Source: Chrysomallon squamiferum
Lineage: Eukaryota > Animalia > Mollusca
NCBI GenBank assembly: GCA_012295275.1
Contig: CM022666.1
Location: 14,198,001 to 14,262,000 of the forward strand
Direction of reading: 5' to 3'
Length of the DNA stretch: 64,000 bases
In this document: piece by piece, positions 14,889 to 27,870 of the stretch
Layout of the letters: each line of letters begins with the position of its first letter
Position numbering within the stretch: position 1 is the stretch's first letter
The notes under the pieces: generated by a model
Told to the model about the DNA's origin: nothing
The model's database searches: none
What the model saw: only the letters and a program-made list of their open reading frames with translations
Translations under genes and position numbers: made by a program

Positions 14889-15110
14889 TTCATGGGAAGC
14901 GATGATTTTACCCTCGGTTACTGAGCGAACTGTAACGTGTGGACGAATGGGTGTCATACGTTCGAGTCTCGTCAGCGACGTCTGACACGGTTTGTGAAGT
15001 CATGATTGAGACTTTGTCCTCCTGTTCCAGTGCGTTCCCGAATATTGTCTATGTGCAGAGTCTGATCAGACGTACACAAGACAGAGAATATTCAAATACT
15101 AAAATACTTT
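14889..15110 (+). repeat. Dispersed repeat module A, copy 1
   Basis: tgggaagcgatgatt...gaatgggtgtcatacgttcgagtctcgtcagcg...ccagtgcgttcccgaatattgtc; recurs at 27168-27345 (+) and 33085-33250 (-). Confidence 0.85.
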
Positions 15111-15411
15111 CATTCATTCAAACATACAATAATCTCGATGAATGTTCACACACTAACACAAAGACATGCAGACACTTAATTGCATGAAAACCTAACGTCG
15201 ACGGCAGCAGCATCGACTACAGTGATAGACTCGGTCTGTACAGCTGGTATTACACGTGGCTGGGTCTGATGACGTGGTACAAGTGAAGAAACGCGACAAA
15301 AAAGAAGAAAACTAAAACATTCCAGAAAAGAGAATGCCTGCGAGAATGAAATAGATTTTTAAAAAAGCAAATTATTATTTTTATTTTTATTTATTTATTT
15401 TTTTGTAAAAT

Positions 15412-15485
<74 letters not shown>

Positions 15486-16003
15486 AATAAACGAAGAGCA
15501 CTGTAAATGCGATTAAGGCCAATTTAATTGCATTTGAGTATTAATTGTATCAGTATTTTTGAGATTGGGAAAATATTTGAAAGAATCATTTTGCGGTGCA
15601 GTCTTTATTATAATTATCATAATAAAATGATGTTATGTAATTATCTCGTTATGAGAAGCAGTTCAAGGGTAAGTAAAACATTCGAACTGTTTGGAATATT
15701 TGAGAGATTTAATTAATTTAAAGTAATTTTCGAATTAATTCGATACTTAATTATTAACTATAACTGTCGAATAACTGACTGAGTTAATTTTCTGCTATAA
15801 AATGATTTCTTTGTCTGTCCATCTCTGTATTCTTTGTGTATCTGTATCTGTTTATACAGTTTCTTCTTTTATTCTCTGTCTTTGTGATTTTGTGTAGCTG
15901 TCTGTCTCTCCGTCTTTCTGTCCTTCTGTTTATAAATCTGTTTGGCGCTCTATTTTTTCTGTTTTCATTCTTGTCTGTACGTGATTTTCTTCGTGTTTCT
16001 TCT

Positions 16004-16110
<107 letters not shown>

Positions 16111-16254
16111 CATAATGATATCAAATATAAAATTTCAACTTTTTTCCCAAAAATTAAAACTACTCGAGTCACGTGATATACTAACATTTTACTATCGTGT
16201 TAATCTTATTATTATTATTTTTATTATTATTACTACTACTATTATTATTACTAT

Positions 16255-16299
<45 letters not shown>

Positions 16300-16300
16300 A

Positions 16301-16331
<31 letters not shown>

Positions 16332-16371
16332 TTATTATTATTATTATTATTATTTTACTTTGTGATTGCAG

Positions 16372-16515
16372 TGTGCTTCTTTAACTATTTTATACTTATG
16401 GGTTTAATGATTTCTGGTGGGATTTTCTTTGTGGAGTTTCTCAACTTGTACCAAGGCTCCACGTCTATGACTGCAGTAATATCAGGAGTCCGAGAAGGAG
16501 CCATCAGTGCCGCTG
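16372..16515 (+). CDS. SLC16 paralog 2, exon 2b (alternative duplicate of 2a)
   Basis: TTGCAG| 144 nt |GTATGT, phase 1-1; VCFFNYFILMGLMISGGIFFVEFLNLYQGSTSMTAVISGVREGAISAA, 34/48 aa identical to 2a with no gaps. Confidence 0.9.
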
Positions 16516-17364
16516 GTATGTACTGTCCTGCAGTGTCTTATTGGTCTGTGAATGGGTTTGTATGTGTGTTTATGTATGGGTGGGTATATATGTAAATGTG
16601 TGTGTGCGTATGTGTGTATGCGTGCGTGTGTGTGCGTGTTGTGTGTGTGTTTTTGAGTAGGTACATAAATGTGTTTGTGTATCTGGATGACAGTGCATAC
16701 TGTTATGTTTTTCTCCTCAATTCAATGTTTGTGTGAGACTTTGCATGTAATGATGAGTTTTACTTCCAAACACACATACGCATAGTCATACATACACATA
16801 TATACTTATAAACATACATACAGAAAGACACGAATACAAACCAACATTACTGAGCCACATGAATATATATAAACTAACATGCAAGATACACATTCATACA
16901 TATTGCTGACAGCGACACAGACAGACAAATACGTACTCAGATGGAAATATTCACACATACATTACAGGCACATAAATGTACAAACTCAGTATGCGCATGC
17001 ACTCAAACACACACATACACATGCAAACACACCACACACACTCCATAAATACGAAAATATTTATTACTATGAAAGATAACTCTATGCTGATATTTTCTAA
17101 TGTTACGATATATAATTTAAAATATTAAAACCTAAACCCATACGTCAACCATTAACCATATATGTTTATTGGTGTTTATTCTTGATCGTGTTTTATATGA
17201 TCAATCTTTCCATTCCTTTCACAACTGTTATATCAACAAAAAACCCACCAGAAACACACGTGGATACGTGTTTCCCATTCTAAGGGTAGGTGCGAATTAA
17301 AATTCCTTTGCTTGTAAATGAAAACAAGGAACAGAAAAAAAAATGATGAGTAGAGTGCCTCTAA

Positions 17365-17496
17365 ACAGGATAGACCTTTGTGATGCCTTCTGTGTATCAT
17401 TGGCTGGAACGGGAAATAAGACAATGGCTCCATCACGAGGGAGTGATCTAACGACCCACCGAATCTTTAAGCGAATGTTTTAAACTGAGCAACGTC
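17365..17496 (-). mobile_element. Degenerate tRNA-derived SINE, same family as 24409-24655
   Basis: Reverse complement reads gacgttgctcagttt...gatcactccc...tatttcccgttccagccaa...ctatcctgt, collinear with the + copy. Confidence 0.6.
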
Positions 17497-17822
17497 TGTT
17501 ACTTTGTAATTATGAATAAACTGTTATGAATAAATTATTATGAATATACTGTTATAAATATACTGTTATGTATCAAATATTATGAATAAACTTACGAACA
17601 GACTATTATGAATAGACTATTAAGAATATCTATTATTAATCAAATATAATGAATTAGCTATTACGAACAGACTGTTACAAATACACTATTAAGAATATAC
17701 TATTATGAGTAAACAATTATTAACAGACTTTAATGAAAATACTATTATTATGAACCATTATGAACACGCTATTACGAACATACAAACGGTGATGTTTTAT
17801 TACGTTCTCGTCTTTCTTTCAG

Positions 17823-17969
17823 CTTTCATCAGTCAGATAATTCTGCTGGGTTTTCTCAAAGTGAGGACGATAGTGATGTGCGGCGGCTTCCTTGCCTCCC
17901 TGGGCATCATCCTCGCCTCCTTCGCCAACAGCGTCCCCACCCTCGTCATCTCATTCGGAATGCTGACAG
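17823..17969 (+). CDS. SLC16 paralog 2, exon 3
   Basis: TCTTTCTTTCAG| 147 nt |GTACAG, phase 1-1; AFISQIILLGFLKVRTIVMCGGFLASLGIILASFANSVPTLVISFGMLT. Confidence 0.93.
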
Positions 17970-18215
17970 GTACAGTTAGATCTGTTCTACGTGTTGTTTG
18001 TGTTGTCTGTACAGAGTTCCCACCCTCGTCATTTCATTTGGAATGCTGACAGGTACAGTTAGATCTGTTCTACGTGTTGTTTGTTCATTTCATTTGGAAT
18101 GCTGACAGGTACAGTTGTCTGTACAGTTTGTGTTGTTAGTACAGAGTCCCATCCTCGTCATTTCATTTGGAATGCTGACAGGTACAGTTAGCTCTGTTCT
18201 ACGTGTAGTTTGTGT
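17934..18215 (+). repeat. Tandem repeat (4 copies) containing the exon 3 3' end and donor
   Basis: tcatt(c/t)ggaatgctgacag|GTACAGTT with GT at 17970 (real), 18053, 18109 and 18182. Confidence 0.9.
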
Positions 18216-19259
18216 TGTTTTTGAGGGGTAGAATTAGCGGGGTAAGAATTAGCAGGATTAATGTTAAAGACGTAATTAGTAGATAAGGAGTGTTTAATAG
18301 GATTTGTTACAGAAATCTAACTGGAATGTTGTAATTCATGTAGTTTATGTTGTTTGTAGATAAGAAAGCATTGGTAAGACGTCAGTTTTAAATATAGAGG
18401 ATTAGATAAAGCAAGTTTTTAATACAGAATTAATGTTATAGAAATCTAATTGGAATGTAATAGATAAAGCTAAACGTTAATGTAAATTTAATGCATTAGA
18501 AAGTGTATGGGAAAACGTTCGTATTGAGGATTTTTTGTTCAAAATTTTCATTATTTATAGGTAAAATTTCTTACTAGTTAACTTTATTATAAATTAAAAG
18601 GTATTATTAGGTCAGTTTTTAATATTAATTTAAGTTATAACGTTAAAATATTAAGTTATAATTAATAACTGTGTGGTTATGAGCAGATTTAACGATTATA
18701 ATTATGATGCATTAGAAAGCCAGTTAACGTAGTTTGATTTTATTACATATTTAACTAGTTTGTAAAGTAAGAAAGATTTAACAAATGATAACGTATTTAC
18801 AGGTAAAAATAATTGTCTAATTAAGTTCTAAGGTAAGTTGTAAGTAGTTGGCATCTATTAAATTAACTGATTTGTTATTTATTGGAATAAATATGAGAAC
18901 GAAAAAAGATACTATTTCTTATTAAAAGTCTTTTTTATTATTTATGTATCTCATTGAGTTTATTATATATTGATGGTGTTTTTAAAAGTGTTTTAAAAAG
19001 TAATAATAATAATAATAATTATAATAATAATAATAATAATAATAATATAAAGACAACATGTGTTAGAAAAACTATTTTGGTATTGCATTAGAGCGAAAAT
19101 TTTCTTCCAAACTGAACATATTTTAATAAAATCTATTTTCTTCAAGGCAGCTGTTCAGATTATATGATCAACAACGATTAAAAACAGTTAATAAAATTAC
19201 AGTTTCCTCCATCATCTTTATAAATAAAATGTAATTTATTTTTCTACTATAAATTTCAG

Positions 19260-20411
19260 GTTTTGGAATTGGCATGGTGCTCATTCCCGAACTAGCTCTG
19301 CTAGGAAGGTATTTCAACAAACGCAGAGCGATTGCAACTGCCATCGCTATGGTGGGCGTAAATCTCGGAGGAATTACAGTTCCTATCTTCATCCGCTTTC
19401 TAATCGACGAATACAGCGTAAGAGGTGCGCTGCTCATTTATGGAGGAATTATGCTCAACACCATCATCGCTGGAGGACTCCTGCGCCCTCTGGATCTCAA
19501 CATGGCCGATTACTCCGACAGCGAAAGCGACATTAGTAAGTCACCCGCTGAAGAAAAGTCTCCTGTTATTTTCGAAAACGGAGTCAACAGCAAAGAATCA
19601 CTTCTGAATGAGAAAGATTCTCTGTCGGACGTCATCGAAATACCGCCGCAGATAGAGGTTAAAGAGAAAGAGCTCCTCAACGACGAACTTCCCGCCGTTG
19701 GCATGGAAACGCTGACGTTGGGAAAAGCTAAATACATCTCGGAATCCGACGACGCTGCTAGCATTAAGGACGATCTAACCAACAGCCTCCGCAGCCTGCA
19801 CTTCGGAAGTACTCCCAGCATCCTTTGCGTGTCGCTGGCCAGTCTGAACCGGTTCAACGTGGACGGGCCCGAATCGGTGGAAATTTCCACCGAGGAGTCC
19901 TCGGTGAGCGAGAACGGCTCGGTGTGCCAGAGACTGCACAACATACTCGACTTCTCTCTCTTCACGTACCCGCTGTTTATTCTCCTTCTGTTCACGTCCG
20001 TGTTTGCCATTCTCGTCGGAGCAGTACCAGCGATTTACATCCCGGCGCTGGCCCTGTCTAAAGGTCTGACGATGGAAGACGGTCCCTACCTTCTCTCGGC
20101 CGTCAGCGCCTCAGGGGTCGTCAGCAAGTTGCTGATAGGGCTGTTTGCCGACACGGGCTGCATCAGAAAACACGTCCTGCTCATAATCTGTTTGATAGGC
20201 ACGGGGGTGACGTTCTGCCTCGTCACGGTCGTTAACGACATGGTGTCTCTCCTGCTCTTCGCCATTTCTTACGGGATTTTCGGCTCCATTTATTTCTCGC
20301 TGATGCCTGTTATAATAGTGGACTTTCTAGGACTCGACAAGTTGGCTGCTTGCGTCGGATTCATCGAAGTGTTCCACGGGTCCAGTCTAGCTGCGTCGCA
20401 TCCTTTTATTG
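19260..20411 (+). CDS. SLC16 paralog 2, exon 4 (TM4-TM11 and central loop)
   Basis: TTTCAG| 1152 nt |GTAAAT, phase 1-1; includes the SLC16 motif GRYFNKRRAIATAIAMVG, GGLLRPL and VDFLG. The ORF-track tail (SLSL...) is intronic (CT)n. Confidence 0.96.
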
Positions 20412-20414
20412 GTA

Positions 20415-20552
<138 letters not shown>

Positions 20553-20899
20553 CTCTCTCCCCCTCCCTCTCTCTCTTTCTCTCCATTCTTTTATTACTGT
20601 AGATTTACGTAAGAATCACGACAAATATCGTGACTGAAAATTTAAATTATAACAAATTTATATGCAGTTCAGTGCTTTTTAAATGTACTGATAATAAGCA
20701 TGAACAGATTATATTTGTTATAGTAATAATAATAATTATTATTAAAAAAAAAAAAAAAAAAAATAAAATAATTAAAAAAAAAAATAAAAAAATAAATAAA
20801 TAAATAAAAATACATAAATATAAAAATAAAAAAAATTAAAATAAATAAATAAATAAATATTTTGATATGTCTCTCATAAACAAAAATTTCATGTTCCAG

Positions 20900-21066
20900 G
20901 ATGGCTACGCGATATGACAGGGAACTACGATCTTCCTTACCATTTCCTCGGCGCTGCCAGTTTTCTCAGCGCGTTTTTGTTATCACTGGAACCTTTAGTA
21001 AGAAAAATTCAAAACAAACGGAAGAACATTAAAAGCCAATATAGCTTGGATTTATCTGTTTCGTAG
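20900..21066 (+). CDS. SLC16 paralog 2, terminal exon 5
   Basis: TTCCAG| GWLRDMTGNYDLPYHFLGAASFLSAFLLSLEPLVRKIQNKRKNIKSQYSLDLSVS*. Exon sum 118+144+147+1152+167=1728 nt, giving 575 aa. Confidence 0.93.
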
Positions 21067-21263
21067 AATGTAATTCCTTGATCAACGTTTGTACAACAAT
21101 TATAAAACTAAACTGTGTTGTTTGTTTTAGCCAGGCTAACATATTTTCAGAACTTGTGGAAATCGAAGTTTTTAACGAGCGCCTGCGATGGTAACAGAAA
21201 GCTTTAGTACATTTTGTATTCATTTGTTATTATTTTACTTGTTGACTCCTAATCTTTGTTAAT

Positions 21264-21269
21264 AATAAA
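21264..21269 (+). terminator. Candidate polyadenylation signal of SLC16 paralog 2
   Basis: AATAAA about 200 nt after the stop, followed by a GT/T-rich tract at about 21293-21320. Confidence 0.55.
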
Positions 21270-22438
21270 GTTACGACATTGTGAAACATTAACGTGTGGT
21301 AGAATTGTTTTTGTTGTGCATTGTGACGTCACGTTTCATGTAGTAATAGCCTGTTAATCAAAATCAGTAACTAGGAAACAACATCGGCGACATATGATAT
21401 ACAGCAGCTACTACTTCGTCGTGGATCTTTTGTTTTTATTTGTTTGATATGCAACTACCTCTGGAATGGTTACAGCAACAACAACATCTTCTACGTCGGC
21501 AACGATTATAACAGGACATCATCTACTTCGGTAATGGTTAGAGTAACTGCAATATCATCAACTATATCATCTGCCACATCACTGATATCAACTACCTTGT
21601 CAATTAGAATAGTATTAATTACAACAAAATAATTACGTAAACAACGTTGATGTTAACAACTACGACCACGACGTCAACCCTCTCAACACTGAGATAATAC
21701 CAAATGCATCGACCTTAGGGGCGGTTATTACAAAAAAATTAAAAAATTAAATTTTTTTTTAATAATAATAATAATATTAATAAAGATTAACTCTGCTACG
21801 ACAGCAACGGAAATTTAAGCTACGTCGACATCAACATCGACTGCTTCATAAGCAACAGAATTACTTCGGCCTCATTAAATTACTACATCCACATCAGTGT
21901 CATTTACCTCGAAACGGGGGCAACCACTACAAGTCGAGTAAAAATATCAAACATATTGACTGCAAAGACAGAACTACTAAGTCAATAACAACGACATCCA
22001 TAGTAACCACGTTATCTATGACGTTAAATAATTGTGTGGAATGCTACGACTGGACCTACGTGTATTACTGTCACGACTATTAAATAGACAGTTATGTCAA
22101 CTACCTCGGCAGCGGGTGAAAACATTTACAACAGCAAAGACAACATCGGCTATTATTGACAGAGGTGACAACTGTTACGTCAGGACTGATGATAAAAGCA
22201 ACCTTGTCGACAAGTACATCAACAGTGACCATCCGCAAATGGGCATCACCTCTGTCGACAGTGGCATCAACTACCTCGATAATTATTATAACAACGGCAA
22301 CAACGATATGAAGAAAAATGTCGCTTATAATTATTTTTAAAAATAAATAAACACAGATTTTTGTTTATTTATTTATTTAATTTTTTATTTTTACTTTCTA
22401 AATAATTATGATCATAGTGTTTGTAACGAATGTAGTAA

Positions 22439-22482
22439 GGGAGATAATCGATGTCATCATATGATGACATCGATTATCTCCC
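22439..22482. repeat. Perfect spacer-less 44-bp palindrome
   Basis: gggagataatcgatgtcatcat|atgatgacatcgattatctccc; the arms are exact reverse complements. Confidence 0.97.
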
Positions 22483-22861
22483 ATGCTCTAGTAGCAAACT
22501 ATTGGAGTTACACAGAATAAAAAAAACACGAAACAGTAGCAGTACTGACAACAACAACAACAATAAATAAAGAAATGAATATATAAATGAATAAATAATA
22601 ACGCTGATGATGATTATAAATATAATAATAATTATTATTTTAATTATTAGTTGTAGTAGCTGAAGTACATTTTATTTTTATTATTGTGTTACTGCTGTTT
22701 ACCTAAATATTTAAAAGAAATAACTTTAATATTAAACACAATCTTTTATTTAAAATAAATAATAACAGAAATAGCCAGGTATAGATTTATCCAACAATTA
22801 TTTATGATTATTATACACTACACTTTCTTTTTCCCAAATCATCTACAAGTATGATGATGAC

Positions 22862-22898
<37 letters not shown>

Positions 22899-23756
22899 TC
22901 ATTGTGATCATATAAACAAAAATTATTATTATTAACAGTATCATTATTACTATTATCGTTATCATTATCACTATCATTACCATTATCATCATGATCATTA
23001 CTATAATCATTACGATTGTAGCTGTTATCATCATTATAATTATCTTTGTTATTATTGTCATCATCACCATCATCATTATCATCGTTATCGTTATCTTAAT
23101 TATTATGATTAGTACTACTACTACTACTACTACTACTGAATTTTGTTTATCACTAAGTCTAATTATTTTATTTTAATTTTTCTCTCTCTCACGAAGTGGA
23201 AGAATGACAGAAAATGTTCGATTTCATTGTTATCAGCCGGCATGTTATTTAAAACATGAAACAGCCAAATGAGGAGGGGGAGGGAAATAAAAGAATACTG
23301 AACAATGAACACAACGTACGTAGGCACTTTGTTCTATAATACACAAGTATATTTTAAAATTAATCCGTTTTCGTTTTATTAATATCAAGAATTACAGTTG
23401 TCTCCCTTATCTTAGACTGCTTAATTACCATCTTATATCTTCTTCTTTTTTTCATCTTTCTGTCTATTTTAATACAAAAGGGAATTTTTCAATTTTTTTC
23501 TTTCCTTATCTTTAAATACATCTGATGACATTTTGTTTCGTTGTGGAAATAACAAAAAATACATTTAATTTACATGTAATTCCTTTTTTATTCCTTTTTT
23601 ATTCATTTTTTTTTTTTCTGATTTTCTTCTACTATTTATTCTATTCATTTCTATCTCGTTAGTTTTCTTCTTTTCGTTTCTTCTTCCTTCTTTGTTATTA
23701 GCTTGTTTCTTTGTCCTTTGCCCCCCTTTTTTATTGTATTGTTTTCAGAATAGATA

Positions 23757-23820
<64 letters not shown>

Positions 23821-24408
23821 TTTATGATGATGATGATGACAACACCAAGAATAACAATTATAAAAACAACAACAACAGCAACAATAACAACAACAATTAA
23901 TTAATGCTATAGTGTCAAAACAACAGTATACAAAAAAAAAAAAAACGAAAATATTTTTCCTTTTAACGTTACTGATAATCATATTTTCGTTAAAACGAAT
24001 TTTCTTTCTCTCTTATTTTATTTATTTTATTTTATTTTCTTGTTTTATTCCTTTATCCCCACCAACTACCACTGCAACATGCATCTTCGAGCTTGCCTTC
24101 GGTCCATCAAATTATAGTCTCTTCTTTCCTTCCTCAGTTTTCGTGTTTGTGATGGAGTAACCGATATAACAAGAGCTGGCCCGAGGTTGGTCAATTACAA
24201 CGCAGGTTACTTAGCGACCGTGTTACGTCGATAGAAATTGTGTCTGTCTTATTCATTACGAGTCTGGCGGGAAGGAAAAATCGTACAAGGTCAAATGTGA
24301 GGTGGTGGAGGGAAATCGAAGATTTTGGTTAAAAGAAATGAAGATTTTGCGAGTTGTTGGTTCTTGTTGTTGTTGGTTGTTGTCACTGCTACTGTTGTTG
24401 TAGATTGC

Positions 24409-24655
24409 GATGTAGTTCTGTGGTAGAGCGTCTGTTCAAAATGCGGTAGGTTATCGGATCGATCCCGGTTTCAGATATTTCTCATTCCAACCAGAGCTCC
24501 ATAACTTGTGTTGCAAAGACCGTGGTATATACTACTATCCTGTCTGTGGGATGGTTTATATAAAAAACTCACTGCTGCTGATCGGAAAGGGTAAGCCTCG
24601 AGATTTCCATCGTCGCTATATAACAGTCAACAAGTACGTCATTAAATGAAATACT
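24409..24655 (+). mobile_element. tRNA-derived SINE, near full length
   Basis: Head with A-box-like tagttctgtggtagagcg and B-box-like ggatcgatccc; body ttccaaccag...ccgtggtat...ctatcctgtctgtgggatgg..tataaaa; A/T-rich tail; second copy on - at 17.4 kb. Confidence 0.75.
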
Positions 24656-25779
24656 TACTTTGTCTTCTTGCTACTGTTGTTGTTGAAGTTGTTGATATTG
24701 CAATGACTACATGTATGTTTTATATCCGTGAGTGGAATGTTCAGTAACTATCAAAATATCGTGACCCGTGCGACCCCGTTTTCCGTCAGTATCGACTAAT
24801 TAAACTGAAGCGTATGACATTATTTAGACTTGACTTCTCACGCACATTACGCAGAAAGCCGACCCATTAGCACTATCACTTAGCGATGGAGTGTATGTCG
24901 TCCACAACGTCGTAATTTAAGATTAAACCGACAAAAAAAAAAAAAAAATTAAAGTAGGCTTCACCTACGCAAATCCGAATAACTGTCACTTTACGTTTGT
25001 TACTTGACTTGTAACTTCTGTGATCACTTCTTTTCTTCCTCTTTCAAGTATTTTCGTTTTTAGGGCTATTTTTGTTAATTTTTTTGTTTCTTATTTAAAC
25101 TTATTGCTGATTATTATTATTATTTTTTTATTATGTGCAGTGACTTACCCACGTGTTTTCTTTGCGGCTACAATCAGGTACTTGATGAAGCCGCATTTCT
25201 GCATTGATTTCATCATTAAATACCGTAACATGTGGCGAAGAATCCAATGGCAATGAATAAGCAGACAACATTGCTCGAGGACATTGGCCCTGCGTTTACG
25301 TGGTTCTGTTTTGTTACATCGACTCTCTACTTGGCTTTTGTTCACTTTCCTTTGAAACGAAATCATTATTGATATTTCTTATATAAAAAAATAAAATAAA
25401 ATAAAATGACTTTTGATATAGCTCTCTCTCTCTCAAGAACTGTTTGATAATTTGTTAGCTTCTGTCTGTTTCGTTTATTATTATTATTATCATTATTATT
25501 ATTATTATTATTTTTTTTTTTGGATTTCATCCTTTGCTTTCGAAACATAATAACAACTATTTTTGTTCCTTTCAAAAGATTAAATGACCTTGAGCGCATG
25601 TTTCTCTTTCTGTCTAATTCTGAAGCACAAACACACTCGTGCTAATTAGACCGACCTGTCAGCCTGTTTCACACATACATGTCCATAGAGACGTCGAGGT
25701 TTGTGTTTGTATCTTTCTTTCTTTCTCTCTTCTTCCTTTTCTCTACAACACAAACCCGTTTTTTCTTTCTTTTTTTTTG

Positions 25780-25841
25780 TCCTCTCTCTGTCTCTCTCTC
25801 GCTCTCTCTCTCTTTCTCTCTCTTTCTGATTGTCTCTGTGT

Positions 25842-25933
<92 letters not shown>

Positions 25934-25945
25934 GATTGTCTCTGT

Positions 25946-25998
<53 letters not shown>

Positions 25999-26012
25999 GA
26001 TTGTCTCTGTGT

Positions 26013-26064
<52 letters not shown>

Positions 26065-26068
26065 GTGT

Positions 26069-26124
<56 letters not shown>

Positions 26125-26138
26125 GATTGTCTCTGTGT

Positions 26139-26216
<78 letters not shown>

Positions 26217-26230
26217 GATTGTCTCTGTGT

Positions 26231-26282
<52 letters not shown>

Positions 26283-26318
26283 CTCTCTCTTTCTCTCTCT
26301 TTCTGATTGTCTCTGTGT

Positions 26319-26412
<94 letters not shown>
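25780..26412. repeat. Compound minisatellite: ttctgattgtctctgtgttcat alternating with variable (CT)n
   Basis: About 7 anchor copies (some partial) separated by (CT)n of differing length, ending in (CA)n. Confidence 0.92.
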
Positions 26413-26415
<3 letters not shown>

Positions 26416-26789
26416 CTTTTACACTGATACAACGACAAGCACTCCACTACGCTATCCACATTAGCGACGTATCCTCTGCAAGTCATTATTTAGAAATCGC
26501 TCGTACTTAGACAGTTTGCGTTTCCGTTTGCCAGCGAAAATCTGTTACGAAAGTCAGTTAAGACTTAAACTCTGCGAGGGATGTACGAATGCCATTTCAC
26601 GCCGTGTGTCACCCCTTGTCACCAGTGAAAACAAAAACTGTGACCCGTAAGAATATTTATCTTGAGCGAGCGAACGAATGAATGGAACAATGGTTGGATC
26701 GATGTATGGGTGAATGAATGAATGAAGATACTTATGGGAATAGACTGGAAGAAACACAGAGGCTACATCTGTTAATTTAGATGCGTATA

Positions 26790-26839
26790 CATTCATACAT
26801 ACATACATACATACATACATACATACATACATACATACA

Positions 26840-26873
<34 letters not shown>

Positions 26874-27345
26874 CACACACATATATATAAAAAATTCACA
26901 TACGTATATGTATTTACATATGTAAAATAAAACAGACACACAAATATAAATAAAGATGTACGTAGTTTACAATTAAAATGACTAATACACCAGAAATATT
27001 TTGGGTTTTAATTTGTTTATTTTAAGACAGTGTTCTTTGTTGTGTTTCACTTTCTGTGTGGAAAAAAAACTCACGTATTAGTTTCAAAGTGTTGTCAAAA
27101 TCTGTCAGTGTAACAGAGAAACTTTTCTTATTGAAACTAGTGTAGTCTTTCCAAACTAGTGTAGTCTTTCGTGGGAAGCGATGATTATGCTAACATCATC
27201 GTCCACGAATGGGTGTCACACGTTCGAGTCTCGTCAGCGGCATCTGAGGGGTTTGTGATTGAACTTTGTCCTCCCGCGCCAGTGCGTTCCCGAATATTGT
27301 CTTTGTGCAGATTCTAATCAGACATACGTAACAAACAGAATATTT
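26790..27345 (+). repeat. Dispersed repeat: (ATAC)n + module B + module A
   Basis: About 26930-27170 is the reverse complement of about 32672-32920, including the tandem aaactagtgtagtctttc; 27168-27345 is module A. Confidence 0.85.
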
Positions 27346-27740
27346 AATCCAAAAGATACATGCATAGATGGATACATACGTACGTACCTACCAACGTAAA
27401 GGTGGACTAGTACAAATGCAGTCTGTGAGATAATTAAAAAAGAAATAAAAAAAAAACGTTACATAAATAATTGTATTGCCAAATCTTTCTTCCAACAGGA
27501 ATTTTCATCTGCCAGTTTTAACTTGCTTTAAGAGATTTTCTCTGTAAGAACGAAGCTAAAAAACATCAGGAAATTTACGTAACAACAACGCATGAAAAAA
27601 ATGTAATAAGTAATATCGAACGAAAATAATAAGGGAAAAAAAGAAGACAAATTTGTAATAAGAAAAAAAAGAAAGAAAAAAAAAGGGAAATATTTCTTTA
27701 ATTTGATTTGTTATTTTTATTTCATTTTATTTTATTTATT

Positions 27741-27821
<81 letters not shown>

Positions 27822-27839
27822 GTTGTTGTTGTTGTTATT

Positions 27840-27870
<31 letters not shown>

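Noticed and set aside
18230-18900. Possible hidden exon or element in intron 3
   Set aside because: AT-rich with short echoed words and no ORF; probably a decayed repeat or low-quality consensus.
19168-20061. Antisense and alternate-frame ORFs over exon 4 (also 47-355 and 44185-45051)
   Set aside because: Shadows of GC-rich coding sequence with no recognisable protein features.
21400-22340. Thr/Ser-rich coding-like stretch after paralog 2
   Set aside because: Frequent stops and no clear splice sites; looks like decayed (ACA/ACT)n.
24409-24480. tRNA gene
   Set aside because: No intact cloverleaf; continues into a SINE body with a second copy at 17.4 kb.
25780-26412. CRISPR-like repeat-spacer appearance
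   Set aside because: The spacers are only (CT)n; no cas genes; eukaryotic context.
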